NCBI GenBank assembly: GCA_045590515.1
Contig: JAZNRD010000033.1
Coordinates: forward strand, 51,456-115,455
Direction of reading: 5' to 3'
Length of the DNA: 64,000 nucleotides
From: Acutalibacteraceae bacterium
GTDB taxonomy: Bacteria > Bacillota > Clostridia > Oscillospirales > Acutalibacteraceae
The position numbers were made by a program, and so were the translations under genes. Below are positions 8,359 through 18,256 of this stretch, piece after piece; position 1 is the stretch's first letter, and each line of letters opens with the position of its first letter. The notes under the pieces are model-generated. The model did not search any database and had not been told where the DNA came from. It saw nothing but the letters and a program-made list of their open reading frames with translations.

Positions 8359-11300
8359 ATGAAGAAACTTCTCAGCATTCTCCTCAGCGTGCTGCTGCTT
8401 CTCAGTACTATGGCTGTACTGACAATCCTACCTGCAGTAGCCACCACCACCGAGAACGAACCTGTTAACCTCATTGTTAACGGTGACGGTTCTATGAAAA
8501 CTTGGGGAGACAACAAGGATGAGAACGGTAATGCGTACACTACAATTACCGATACGACAAATCCTAACTTTGGCCTGATTGTTCAAAGCAATTTTTACGG
8601 TTGGCGTTCTATGAATTATGGGACAAAAACGACAACCGACCCGGAAACAAGTGAAACTACGACCACCTACACACCATATGCAAACTGTAGTATCCGTTGG
8701 ACCAAAACTCCCAATGTTCCCGACTTGTATTATGCGGGATATACAACCGATACCAACGGCATATCTCTGCAGGTAAACAATGGTAATGCCTCAATGCAGG
8801 ACATTAAGATTGAAAAGGATAAAACTTACACTGTTTCTTTTGATGCCACGTTTTATCCCAAGGCGTCTTCTGCCGCTGTGACAGGCTTATGGTTCGACGC
8901 GCATATTGATGACGGCGCAGGCGAATTTATGTGTGATAAATGGCCTGGTACAGGCAGCACTGAAAATAAATATGTTGCTGTTACCGGCAAATCTTATGAC
9001 CTATGCGACCAAAACGATGATGTTTACAACGAAATGGTAGTTGATACCACAACAAAAGCCTATGATACTTACTCATATACTAAGTCCGACGGTACCACAG
9101 TAACCAATTGGGACTTTGGAGGCTTCAAAAACTACACATTTACATTTGCCGCAAATGACGTTATCAATGATTTTTCAATGACTGACGATGATAGTGACGG
9201 TTATTATGATGCTCGCTTTGTTATAAAGAACAACTGCTCTACCATTTTATTGTTCGACAACGTTACGATTTATGAGTCGCATAATATTATTTCAAGCGAC
9301 GGCGGATATGTAAACACAGAATTTGCATACGCAAATACTACTTCAACCATCGTCGCTACCCCTTATTATGGAAACAACTTCAAGGGTTGGTATAATGGCG
9401 ACACTCTTGTATCTACAAGTGCTACATATACAGGCGTTATAACAAGCGACCTTACTGCTAAGTTTGATGTTTATAACCAAATCGTTGACGGAAGCTTTGA
9501 ATCTGGAACTGATGCAGGAATAACTCAATTTACTGAAGCTAAACGTTATAGTACTATTGCAATTTCCCCCACACTTGTATCGCCTACTGAAACCCCAGCT
9601 GCTACTCATGGAAATTACTGTCTTGAGATTAATCCCGGCGACACAACCAATGCAGCATCTAAACAGCTTTTTAATCTACCGGTAACCATAAGCAAGGATA
9701 CAGAGTACTATTTTGAATACTATGTATATTGCGTTCCCTCTACCTATACAGATAGTGCGGGAACAGAGGTAACTAACAATTATTTCAATTCTTATTTTTG
9801 TCCAATTGTAGGCACATCACTATCATCGTGGAACACATCATCTCTTAATCTATTCAAAAGTTATACCTATACTTTTTTCAATGAAAACGGCAAAAAGAAT
9901 AATACAAATGTATATTCTTGGAATGGTACGGTGCAAGCCGCAAAAACAATGCTGACAGTGGACACTCGTATGGTATCGATTAATCAGCAATGGGTATGCG
10001 TCCGTTTATTGTTTAATTCGGGAAATAGTGAAGATATATTCGGAACTGATACAACTGCCACTTTAAACCTTCAAATAGGTGTTGAAAATGCTATAAACGC
10101 CGACATACGCCTTGACAATATCTTCTTTGGTGAAAGCACGCAAAACGCTAATATGACTGCAACTGCAGGCGGAACCGTTTCCACCGCTACAACAGTTCCG
10201 ATGCATTACAAATCCACCGCATATGGCTCACTTCCTTCAGAAACAGATTATACTGTAAGCTATTACCCTGCAAAAGCAAATGAATACACTGCTACAGCCG
10301 ACACCGGTTACCGCTTTGTTGGTTGGTATGACGGAGATACATTGGTTTCGTCAAACGCTACAGAAATTTTCTATAGCGGCAAAAACTACACCGCTAAGTT
10401 CGAGCCTGTTCCCACCTACACCATCACCGCCACCGCAGAAAAGAACGCAGACGGTATTTACGGCGGATATGTTATTAATAAGTCACAGGTTATAAACGAG
10501 GCTGAAAATGTTACAGTTAACGCAGTAACCTACGCAGGCAACACCTTTGAGGGTTGGTACAACGGTGAAACAAAGGTTTCTTCTAATGAATCCTATACCT
10601 TTACCGTAGCATCGGATGTTGACCTTGTTGCTAAGTGGAATGTAGAGAACCTCTGGCCCGACTCCGGTTACGAAAACACCGAAATCGGTCTTGAGCAGAT
10701 GATACACCACAACATAAACGGTCAGTGGAAAGCGAAAGGCAACTTTGCATATTGGTCTCATGCAAAAGCGGTCACAGACAGAGTAAATTCCGGTAGCGCT
10801 TCTCTGTTCCTCCAGCATCGCAACAACGAGGTTGGAACAGAAGTTTCAGTTACTCCGAACACTGACTATGAATTTTCGCTTAACTGGAGAATATATCCTA
10901 CCGATTCTCGTTTTTCACAAATTAGTGTTTATAGTGAGAATGGCAGTAAAATAGCCTATTTTGATATCAACACGCCTTACTCCACCGATTTTCAAAACAC
11001 AAAGGTAGTATTTAACAGTGGTAATAACGATAAAATATTTATTGCATTTACCTATACCGCAGGCTCTCCTGGAATTTGGCTTGATGATATTGTTCTTGTT
11101 CCGTTCACAGGCGAAGATACCGGTTACTACCGTGTAACATATGACTTTGGCGACAGCAATATGGTAAACGCTATAGAATATGTTAAGGGTGGAGAGTATA
11201 CACTTAGAGCCCATACATTCTTCGAACGCAGTACTGTAATGAAGGATTTTGTAAACTACACTGTAGGTAGCGAAAATAAGGTTCCCGGTGATGTAATTAC

Positions 11301-12999
11301 CGTTGAAGGTGACATTACCGTAACAATTAACTACAAAGACCACGTTAGCAGCGACCTTACAGATAACACCACATTTGACCCGGCAAACTATGAGTTCACC
11401 TTTGCAGCCCTTCCCGACCCGCAAAAGTTGCTCTTACATCACGGTGATTACTATGGTAAGATTGGCGAATGGCTGATTGCAAATAAGGAAGCATACAAGA
11501 TTGCCGGCGTTATGGCTCTTGGCGACCTTACTGAGCATGGCTCTTGGACACAATTCTCTGCTTCTTATGACGCATTTAAGGACGTAATTAAGGCAATGCC
11601 CTTTGGCGTTTCGCTTGGTAACCATGACTACATGGGTGGCGGCGGAACAGGAAACTACACCGCGACACAAGGACCTGAATACAACACTCTTTACAACCAC
11701 TTCTTTAAAGATGATATTGTAGAGTCCTTGCTTGCAAATAACGGCGGCGCATATCCGTACGTTAACAAGGCAATAGAGGGCTACGAAGTAATGTCTGCCG
11801 ATGCCGATATAGATGATGTTACCAATACATATTATGTATATGACAATGGCTATATCGTAATTTCCCTTGAAATCTACCCCCGTACCGAAATTCTTAACTG
11901 GGCAAACGCTATTGCTAAGGCTAACCCCGAAAAGAAAGTTATTGTTACAACACACTCGCATCTTGGCGACAACGGCGAGCTTTTAAACGATGACGACCTC
12001 TATTATATTGCTGCAAACGAAACAACTAATAGTGGCACAACCGTTCGTGAGACGCTTCTTGAAACCAACTCCAACATTGTAATGATGGTTTGCGGTCATG
12101 ACTCTACTCAGCAAATCGTTTATGACGAGCATACACGCGAAGACGGAAGCATCTATTACGAAGTTCTTATTGATAACCAGGACGACGATGAAAACTATCG
12201 CGGTGTTGGTATGGTAGCACTCCTCGGTTTCCGTGCAGACGGCACTATTGACACAACCTACTACTCGACCATTTGGAACAAGTATTTCAAGAGCGACGTT
12301 AACGAAGTTACATTTGATTTTGGCATTACATCGCATTCCGATGTTGCAGAAAACGTAACCGAAGGCGAAGCAATTGATACATCTGTTGTTGACAATGATA
12401 GATACTTCATCCCCTACGGCGCACTTTACTACACCGATGAAAATGGTGATATTAAGTATGTTGACAAGGATGCAGACGGCAAATTTACCGCACCTGTTAC
12501 AGGCACATTTAATTTCACAGGATTTAAAAAGCCTGCATTTGGTAAGCTTTTAACCTTCGGCGCTTCCGCTAACCCGACCGACGGCACTGTTCAGTACGGT
12601 TCCTACATTGAAAGTGTTACAGAAGGTACACAGTACGGTACAATGTTTATCACAGGCGACTGGGATGCATTTGTTAAGTATTATCAGGATAATAAATCCT
12701 GGACTGTTGACGAGATTGTTGCAAAGGTAAGCGCTATGTATGACAACAAAATCGCTAACTACGACGGCTATGTTCCGATTAGCGCGGGCGAAGATATCGC
12801 AATTTTTGTATACAAGGTTGACCAGAAAAACTGGATGTATAAGAACGACGGCGGTGTACTCGAATTTGCACTCCGCGTTGTAGGTCTTGAGGCTAATCAG
12901 AATTGTACTGCAGTTGCTTACGCAAAGACCGAAAGCGGCTGTGAGTTCTCAGAAAATGTTATAAGCACAAGCTTTAATAAGCTCGTTGGCGCTAACTAA
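8359..12999 (+). CDS. large secreted multidomain protein: three CBM-like beta-sandwich modules each followed by a Listeria-Bacteroides repeat, then a calcineurin-like metallophosphoesterase domain
   Basis: AAGGAG RBS at 8345-8350 and ATG at 8359. Signal peptide MKKLLSILLSVLLLLSTMAVLTILPAVA. Three repeats of the G(N/Y)xFxGWY(N/D)G(D/E)T(L/K)VS type at ~9361, ~10303 and ~10535. Phosphoesterase motifs GDLTEHG, GNHD, TTHSHL and CGHD fall at ~11500-12110. Confidence 0.85.
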   Translation: MKKLLSILLSVLLLLSTMAVLTILPAVATTTENEPVNLIVNGDGSMKTWGDNKDENGNAYTTITDTTNPNFGLIVQSNFYGWRSMNYGTKTTTDPETSETTTTYTPYANCSIRWTKTPNVPDLYYAGYTTDTNGISLQVNNGNASMQDIKIEKDKTYTVSFDATFYPKASSAAVTGLWFDAHIDDGAGEFMCDKWPGTGSTENKYVAVTGKSYDLCDQNDDVYNEMVVDTTTKAYDTYSYTKSDGTTVTNWDFGGFKNYTFTFAANDVINDFSMTDDDSDGYYDARFVIKNNCSTILLFDNVTIYESHNIISSDGGYVNTEFAYANTTSTIVATPYYGNNFKGWYNGDTLVSTSATYTGVITSDLTAKFDVYNQIVDGSFESGTDAGITQFTEAKRYSTIAISPTLVSPTETPAATHGNYCLEINPGDTTNAASKQLFNLPVTISKDTEYYFEYYVYCVPSTYTDSAGTEVTNNYFNSYFCPIVGTSLSSWNTSSLNLFKSYTYTFFNENGKKNNTNVYSWNGTVQAAKTMLTVDTRMVSINQQWVCVRLLFNSGNSEDIFGTDTTATLNLQIGVENAINADIRLDNIFFGESTQNANMTATAGGTVSTATTVPMHYKSTAYGSLPSETDYTVSYYPAKANEYTATADTGYRFVGWYDGDTLVSSNATEIFYSGKNYTAKFEPVPTYTITATAEKNADGIYGGYVINKSQVINEAENVTVNAVTYAGNTFEGWYNGETKVSSNESYTFTVASDVDLVAKWNVENLWPDSGYENTEIGLEQMIHHNINGQWKAKGNFAYWSHAKAVTDRVNSGSASLFLQHRNNEVGTEVSVTPNTDYEFSLNWRIYPTDSRFSQISVYSENGSKIAYFDINTPYSTDFQNTKVVFNSGNNDKIFIAFTYTAGSPGIWLDDIVLVPFTGEDTGYYRVTYDFGDSNMVNAIEYVKGGEYTLRAHTFFERSTVMKDFVNYTVGSENKVPGDVITVEGDITVTINYKDHVSSDLTDNTTFDPANYEFTFAALPDPQKLLLHHGDYYGKIGEWLIANKEAYKIAGVMALGDLTEHGSWTQFSASYDAFKDVIKAMPFGVSLGNHDYMGGGGTGNYTATQGPEYNTLYNHFFKDDIVESLLANNGGAYPYVNKAIEGYEVMSADADIDDVTNTYYVYDNGYIVISLEIYPRTEILNWANAIAKANPEKKVIVTTHSHLGDNGELLNDDDLYYIAANETTNSGTTVRETLLETNSNIVMMVCGHDSTQQIVYDEHTREDGSIYYEVLIDNQDDDENYRGVGMVALLGFRADGTIDTTYYSTIWNKYFKSDVNEVTFDFGITSHSDVAENVTEGEAIDTSVVDNDRYFIPYGALYYTDENGDIKYVDKDADGKFTAPVTGTFNFTGFKKPAFGKLLTFGASANPTDGTVQYGSYIESVTEGTQYGTMFITGDWDAFVKYYQDNKSWTVDEIVAKVSAMYDNKIANYDGYVPISAGEDIAIFVYKVDQKNWMYKNDGGVLEFALRVVGLEANQNCTAVAYAKTESGCEFSENVISTSFNKLVGAN

Positions 13000-13013
13000 G
13001 GAGAGTGAAAAAC

Positions 13014-13157
13014 ATGAAGAAATACGAAAATCCCTCTCTCGAGGTTAAACAGTTTAGCATCATTGATGTTATAAGCACATCGGGTGTTGAAAAAGAACCC
13101 GATACTGGAAATGTCAATTCAAATCCCACCACAGATGGTATGGAAGGTCTTTCCTAA
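13014..13157 (+). CDS. unannotated 47-aa small ORF (MKKYENPSLEVKQFSIIDVISTSGVEKEPDTGNVNSNPTTDGMEGLS)
   Basis: Below the ORF-track length cutoff. AAGGAGAG RBS at 12998-13005 precedes the ATG at 13014-13016 with an 8-nt spacer. Stop TAA at 13155-13157 is 1 nt before the lipoprotein ATG. No signal peptide. Confidence 0.55.
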   Translation: MKKYENPSLEVKQFSIIDVISTSGVEKEPDTGNVNSNPTTDGMEGLS

Positions 13158-13158
13158 T

Positions 13159-13653
13159 ATGAAAAAATCTCTGATAATTCTCACTGCTGCCCTAGTGCTA
13201 CTTTGTACAGCGTGCAGAGATAAGGATGTTTACTCCGATTCGTCGGATGTAAGCTCCAAAGACAACAATTCATCAATCGTAACCGAGTCGCAAGGCGGCT
13301 CGGTTACGGATAACAGCACCGCTTCGGGCAATAAAAACAACGCCGCAACAAACAGCGGCACGGTTTCTACAATAGTCGATGAGATAATTCTAAACGAGCC
13401 TACAAGCTCTGTTATCACTGCTATCGACCTTGAAACCGGCGAAGAGGTACAGGTAACCGTTACCAGCAAGCCGACATCGTCGGCAGACGGCGCATCGAGC
13501 AATACCTCGCCCTCTTCAAGCACTACTGCCCCCTCTTCGAGCGAACAGCAAAGCTCGAGCGGCAGCGAAACTCCACCCGAGCAATCCTCGTCCTCGGTTT
13601 CGTCGGTTGACCCCAACCGAGATACTATGGAAGGCTTTACTCCGTGGAAATAA
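13159..13653 (+). CDS. Ser/Thr-rich lipoprotein
   Basis: Start reassigned to MKKSLIILTAALVLLCTAC (lipobox LLCTAC). The rest is low-complexity S/T/N-rich sequence ending in ...NRDTMEGFTPWK. Confidence 0.75.
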   Translation: MKKSLIILTAALVLLCTACRDKDVYSDSSDVSSKDNNSSIVTESQGGSVTDNSTASGNKNNAATNSGTVSTIVDEIILNEPTSSVITAIDLETGEEVQVTVTSKPTSSADGASSNTSPSSSTTAPSSSEQQSSSGSETPPEQSSSSVSSVDPNRDTMEGFTPWK

Positions 13654-13660
13654 AAAACAA

Positions 13661-13691
13661 AAAACGACTTCTCTTCCGAGAAGTCGTTTTT
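13661..13691. terminator. bidirectional terminator
   Basis: AAAACGACTTCTC-TTCC-GAGAAGTCGTTTT between convergent genes. Confidence 0.8.
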
Positions 13692-13699
13692 ATTATGCA

Positions 13700-14560
13700 T
13701 TATACAATCTTTAATGTTTCGCCGGGTTTTACACTATAAACCTTTTTATCAATATCAAACCAAACAGTGTAAAGTGTAGGGTTGTAAACGCGGGTGTTGT
13801 CTGCCGACCACTGCAGTGACTCGTACGCTTTCACATAATCATAGATTTCGATATTCGTTGCGTACCAGGTATCGTCCTTGCCTGATAGCTTTTCGCAGAT
13901 GCTTTCAAGCAACTCCCAGTTACCGTTATTATCAAATTCAAAGCTGTGTCCCCAAACAAAGAAAAGCTTTGGACCGCGCTCGCCAACATAGGTTTTATCA
14001 ATATCAATAGCAAGGAATTTTTCTATTGATTTCATAATACCGGGGTTTGTGTGGTGTGCGGTAGGATACCAGCGGTGCCAGTCCTCAGGCAAATTAAAAC
14101 GGTCGTTATCGCCGCTTATAGCGCGGGCATACGCAATATCAAGGTCACGAAGATAATGCTTTATATCGTCATAATTTGCGCCGTTTCGCATAACGCCAAC
14201 GCCGCTATCTGCATAAGCATAACCGCGAATAATGCGTCCAAGCGCATTTTCGAGGATGTTTCGCCCCTCGAGCACCTCTTTTATTCCGTCGATAGAACGC
14301 ATATTGCCGAGCGCGCTGTGATTTGCGCCGTGAACGGCAATCTCGTGTCCCTTTTCAATACTACTTTCAAGCTCGTCAACCGAAAGATGCGAGCCGTCGC
14401 CGAGTGTCGCACCCACCACATTAAAGGTACACTTTATGCCATATTTATCAAGTATATCGCGCATACGCAAATCTGCACGCGCATTGTCATCGTAACTAAA
14501 GGTTACCGCCTTCGCCTTGCCCTCAGGGAAACGCAAAAATTTATATTTCATTTCTTCCAC
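13700..14560 (-). CDS. polysaccharide deacetylase (NodB homology / CE4-like) family protein
   Basis: 286 aa. FSYDDN (catalytic Asp pair region) and HGANHS metal-binding His motif. No signal peptide. Confidence 0.75.
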   Translation of the reverse strand: MEEMKYKFLRFPEGKAKAVTFSYDDNARADLRMRDILDKYGIKCTFNVVGATLGDGSHLSVDELESSIEKGHEIAVHGANHSALGNMRSIDGIKEVLEGRNILENALGRIIRGYAYADSGVGVMRNGANYDDIKHYLRDLDIAYARAISGDNDRFNLPEDWHRWYPTAHHTNPGIMKSIEKFLAIDIDKTYVGERGPKLFFVWGHSFEFDNNGNWELLESICEKLSGKDDTWYATNIEIYDYVKAYESLQWSADNTRVYNPTLYTVWFDIDKKVYSVKPGETLKIV

Positions 14561-14621
14561 TTCCTTTGTATTTATATTATCACAACCAAAAAATTAACAC
14601 AATACAAAACTAAAATCAGGT

Positions 14622-14672
14622 AAAAAAAAGGCAAAGTAAAACGGAACGCGCCGTCAAAGGCACGCTCCGTTT
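14622..14672 (-). terminator. terminator downstream of the dehydrogenase operon
   Basis: 14-bp imperfect stem (14639-14652 / 14659-14672, two mismatches), followed on the minus strand by a T-run (A-run at 14622-14629 on plus). Confidence 0.6.
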
Positions 14673-14683
14673 GCTTTTTTAAA

Positions 14684-15745
14684 TTATAATCGGTCATATA
14701 TTTCCAGTATTTCATTTGAAAGCTTGCTGCCCTTTTCAAGACCGCAAATATCATTTAAAATCTGTTCCGGAGTCTTGGTGGCGGTTATAGAGTCCCACTC
14801 CTCTTCGCCATCATTTGTGTATTTAAGCATAATTGCGGCGGTTCTCTTTAAAACCGAGGTGTCCTCGCCGTACTTTTCTATCACAAGCAACGGTCCTATT
14901 ATTCTCTCGTTGGGACCAAGCTTTCGTTGCGGCTGGCGAGCATTTCTTGCAACTGTGTCTATTATTGTTTTATCGCAAAACTTCTTTTTTGACAGAAGCG
15001 CAAATTCCTCTTGGTCTGCCATATCATAACCGAATTCCTTGCAAAGCACGCGATTGGTTACAGCGTAGTTTCGGTCAAGAAGCTCTAATATTTCGCTGTC
15101 ATTTGCCGCAGAGCCGTAATCAGTATAACCCTTATACCACCCGATATAAGCAATAATACAGCTTGCCGCGTTATATGTAAAAAGCTTTCGCGTGAGGAAG
15201 TTTCCAAAGTTTTCTATAGGCTTTACGCTTTCAATAGGCGGAACATAACCGTCAAGCAAATCTGCATCACACTGCAAATACGGATAGTTTTCAGAGTTTA
15301 TATTAAGCCCACCGTCATCTATCGTTGTGCAGAACACTGTTGCCTCGCTCACCGAAACATTAGGCATACCTATCGCATCTTTAAGCGTTTTCGAAGGCTT
15401 TGACGCGTTTTCACAGGTGATTATATAGTAATGCTTATTTTTATCAAGGCGCTTTCTAAGCTCCTCTCCTACCGATACGAGATTCGGTCCGCAAACCGAA
15501 ACAAACAACAATTCCGCATCCGAAAGGTCGGCATCCTCCCAGGTGCACGCTCTGTAATTAGATACAGAGATTTTTTCACGACAGCCGCCAAAGAAATTAA
15601 CATCAAAGCAGCCATCGCTATTTAATTTTTTAACAAGTGCTTCATCCTTATCTATAAAGGTAAAACCCTCTCCTGCCTCAGCAAGAAGTCTTCCTATAAA
15701 GCCGCGTCCTGTCTTGCCCGCTCCTATAACAGTAATTTTACTCAT
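14684..15745 (-). CDS. mannitol-1-phosphate 5-dehydrogenase-like (mannitol dehydrogenase family) protein, paralog 2
   Basis: 353 aa. N-terminal Rossmann motif VIGAGKTGRGFIGRLLAEAG resembles MtlD GAGNIGRGFIG. Overlaps the upstream paralog by 8 nt. Confidence 0.7.
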   Translation of the reverse strand: MSKITVIGAGKTGRGFIGRLLAEAGEGFTFIDKDEALVKKLNSDGCFDVNFFGGCREKISVSNYRACTWEDADLSDAELLFVSVCGPNLVSVGEELRKRLDKNKHYYIITCENASKPSKTLKDAIGMPNVSVSEATVFCTTIDDGGLNINSENYPYLQCDADLLDGYVPPIESVKPIENFGNFLTRKLFTYNAASCIIAYIGWYKGYTDYGSAANDSEILELLDRNYAVTNRVLCKEFGYDMADQEEFALLSKKKFCDKTIIDTVARNARQPQRKLGPNERIIGPLLVIEKYGEDTSVLKRTAAIMLKYTNDGEEEWDSITATKTPEQILNDICGLEKGSKLSNEILEIYDRL

Positions 15746-16910
15746 TTATATAGCCCTCGCCTTTCAGTAACTCTATTTTTTCTTTAACGAGCATCGCAAG
15801 TGAGCCGTCGGGGTCAAGCTTACATACATTTTCCAGTATATAGTCTATTCCCTCTTCACGTCTCATTCTGCAAAGCTCGACTGCAAACTCGTCGCCCTCG
15901 CTCTTATAGTAAATTGCTGCAGCAATAGCGATACAAAGATTTTCAGGCTTTATACCAAATGATTCAACAAGTCTGGCAGAGCCAACAAGACGGTCGTCGG
16001 GGCCTAATTTTCTCAGCGGGTCACGCGCGTTTCGCTCAATAAAATCGACAATGGTATAATCCTGAAGCTTTCGCTTAGAGGTAAGCGTAAACGCCAACTG
16101 CTCATCGAGCGGAAAATTGTGCTTAAGGGAAAGCGCCTGTGCAGTTTCCATATATACGCCGTCAAGAATTTTCAGTATGCGCTCGTCGTGCGCCGCATCT
16201 GCAATTTTCTCATACCCGAACAGTGCACCCAGATAAGAGGTTGTTCCGTTTGCGGCATTGTATGTATAAAACTTTCTCTCTAAAAATCCTGTAAACTCGG
16301 GGATAAGCTTTAAGCCCTTAATATCGGGCAGCGCACCCTTGATACGCGAAGCGTCAACCGGCAGCTCCCAGAAATCCTGAACATTTACAATAAGCGGGTC
16401 CTGCTTTAATAATTCTGCATCCGACTCAATTGCGCTGCGCATTATAACCGCCTCGGTAATGCCTACCTCGTTTTCAAAATACTCTCTCGCAGTATCACCT
16501 ATCTGCGCCGCAATTCCGTCCCTTAATATTGTTGCCGGCAGTTTCCAGTTTTCACAGGTGACAATATTAAGCTTGCCACCCACGGTAGCCTTTGCTTCTA
16601 TTCCTTTTGTAAGAAGAGGAACAATATCTCCTAAATTTTTTCCTCCAACCGCAGTGAACACCGCGTCTGCGTTCTTTATTGCCTCAACAATTTCGTCCAC
16701 TTCGTCAAACTTATATGCCCGTGCGCCCTTAACTATGCAATTATTATCCGAATTGCCGAGTATGTTAACGGTGTATTGCCCACGCTGATTCATAAGTTCA
16801 CATAAAGCATCCGCCTTCTCTACAAAAGAAAAGGGTATTCCGCTTAAATAAAGCAGGTGTCCAATGAAACCTCTTGCTATTTTTCCTGCGCCAAAAATCA
16901 CACAACTCAT
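15738..16910 (-). CDS. mannitol-1-phosphate 5-dehydrogenase-like (mannitol dehydrogenase family) protein, paralog 1
   Basis: 390 aa. IFGAGKIARGFIGHLLYLSG N-terminus. Shares a collinear motif (ARNARxPxRKLGPxxRxxGP) with the downstream paralog. ATGA overlap with the kinase gene. Confidence 0.7.
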   Translation of the reverse strand: MSCVIFGAGKIARGFIGHLLYLSGIPFSFVEKADALCELMNQRGQYTVNILGNSDNNCIVKGARAYKFDEVDEIVEAIKNADAVFTAVGGKNLGDIVPLLTKGIEAKATVGGKLNIVTCENWKLPATILRDGIAAQIGDTAREYFENEVGITEAVIMRSAIESDAELLKQDPLIVNVQDFWELPVDASRIKGALPDIKGLKLIPEFTGFLERKFYTYNAANGTTSYLGALFGYEKIADAAHDERILKILDGVYMETAQALSLKHNFPLDEQLAFTLTSKRKLQDYTIVDFIERNARDPLRKLGPDDRLVGSARLVESFGIKPENLCIAIAAAIYYKSEGDEFAVELCRMRREEGIDYILENVCKLDPDGSLAMLVKEKIELLKGEGYINE

Positions 16911-18256
16911 TTGTTTGCCTCCTTGAATTTCTTATATTGCTCCCTTAATAGAGGATACATATTTTTATATATTTCATATCTTTTAAGCAGTCGCTCGCGG
17001 TGCTTTCCCGTAGGCATAACCGCATCGCCCACGCATAGCTGACTATTTTCTATAAGCCCCGTAGACATAGCAGCGCCAAGAGCCGAGGTATCGACCTCTT
17101 TACACACATAAACGGGAACCGATAACAGTTCTGCTTTTATTTGGGTTAACAGCTTGTTTCTCGACGGACCGCCGCAAGCAATTATACGATTTGTAGGCGG
17201 CTTGCCCATAGCCTCATATATGTGATAAATACTAAACGCGATGCCCTCAAGAACAGAATATGCGAGCGTTTGACGGTTACAGTTATCATCTATTCCGAAA
17301 AAAGTTCCACTCGCGTCTGCATCAAAAACAGGTGCACGCTCTCCGTTAATATACGGAGTAAAAATCGGCGCGCCGTCAATAAGGTCAAAGCTAATTTCCC
17401 TTTCTTCACAAAGCTTTTCTGAAAATCTTAAAGAGCTTCCGCTTGATGCCGTTACACCGTAATGCACGAAGTTTCCGAAAAACTCACTCGATACAAGCGA
17501 AGTTGAGGCAACAAGCTTTTCCTCTATAACACCGAAATGCTCGCTTGTGCCGGTAATATCAAAAGCGTCGCCCTTGTTCTTTATTCCCATACCGAGCAAT
17601 GCAGCATAAAAATCATTAAGTCCCGTATATACCTTTGTATTTGCCCTAAAGCCAAAGCGCTTACACAGCTCTTCGGTTATATAACCAACGCTTTCGCCTA
17701 CTTCGCAAAGTGGAGGAAGTATATCGGGAGAAAGCGAAAGCTCTGACAGAAAGAATCTACTGTATTCGCCCGTTTCCATATTGCAAAGACCTCTGAACGA
17801 GTACTTGTCACTCACTCTTCTTCCGGTCAAAATCTCACACAATAGGTCCTTTGGCTGACATACAGAGCGTATTTCCTGCACATTTTCCTTTATGTATGCA
17901 AGCCTTGGCAACGGATAGGAAGGTATATCCGGGTGCGGCATTGATATTTCTTTTATAAAACACTCTTCGCTATATCGGGCTTTGAGCATTTTAAGCTCTT
18001 CAGAGCCAACTTTACTATTCCACGGCAGCACCGTTTCATCATTTACAACATATGTGCCCACCTGAGAAGAAAGCCCTACCGCGCTGACCGCACTACAATC
18101 AATTTTTTCAAGCGCTCTAAACAATGCTTTCTTCCATTTGCTCGGATTATTTTGGTCATATTTCTCCCGCACCTTTTGAGTTGTCCCACATTGGCAATAT
18201 AAAATTGCCTTTAGCGATGAGGTTCCGAGGTCAATTCCTAAAACCGAATCAGTCAT
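16907..18256 (-). CDS. FGGY-family carbohydrate kinase (xylulokinase/gluconokinase-like)
   Basis: 449 aa. N-terminal LGIDLGTSSLKAIL phosphate-1 motif and C-terminal GGPSRNKLLTQIKAELL motif. Confidence 0.85.
   Translation of the reverse strand: MTDSVLGIDLGTSSLKAILYCQCGTTQKVREKYDQNNPSKWKKALFRALEKIDCSAVSAVGLSSQVGTYVVNDETVLPWNSKVGSEELKMLKARYSEECFIKEISMPHPDIPSYPLPRLAYIKENVQEIRSVCQPKDLLCEILTGRRVSDKYSFRGLCNMETGEYSRFFLSELSLSPDILPPLCEVGESVGYITEELCKRFGFRANTKVYTGLNDFYAALLGMGIKNKGDAFDITGTSEHFGVIEEKLVASTSLVSSEFFGNFVHYGVTASSGSSLRFSEKLCEEREISFDLIDGAPIFTPYINGERAPVFDADASGTFFGIDDNCNRQTLAYSVLEGIAFSIYHIYEAMGKPPTNRIIACGGPSRNKLLTQIKAELLSVPVYVCKEVDTSALGAAMSTGLIENSQLCVGDAVMPTGKHRERLLKRYEIYKNMYPLLREQYKKFKEANK

Noticed and set aside
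10915-12336. Three minus-strand ORFs of 117-175 aa inside the large secreted-protein gene
   Set aside because: All are antisense to a continuous 1546-codon reading frame with clear domain motifs. Their translations are Cys/Val/Ile-rich with no motifs.
13230-13700. 156-aa minus-strand ORF
   Set aside because: It is antisense to the low-complexity Ser/Thr-rich lipoprotein gene and runs through the bidirectional terminator.
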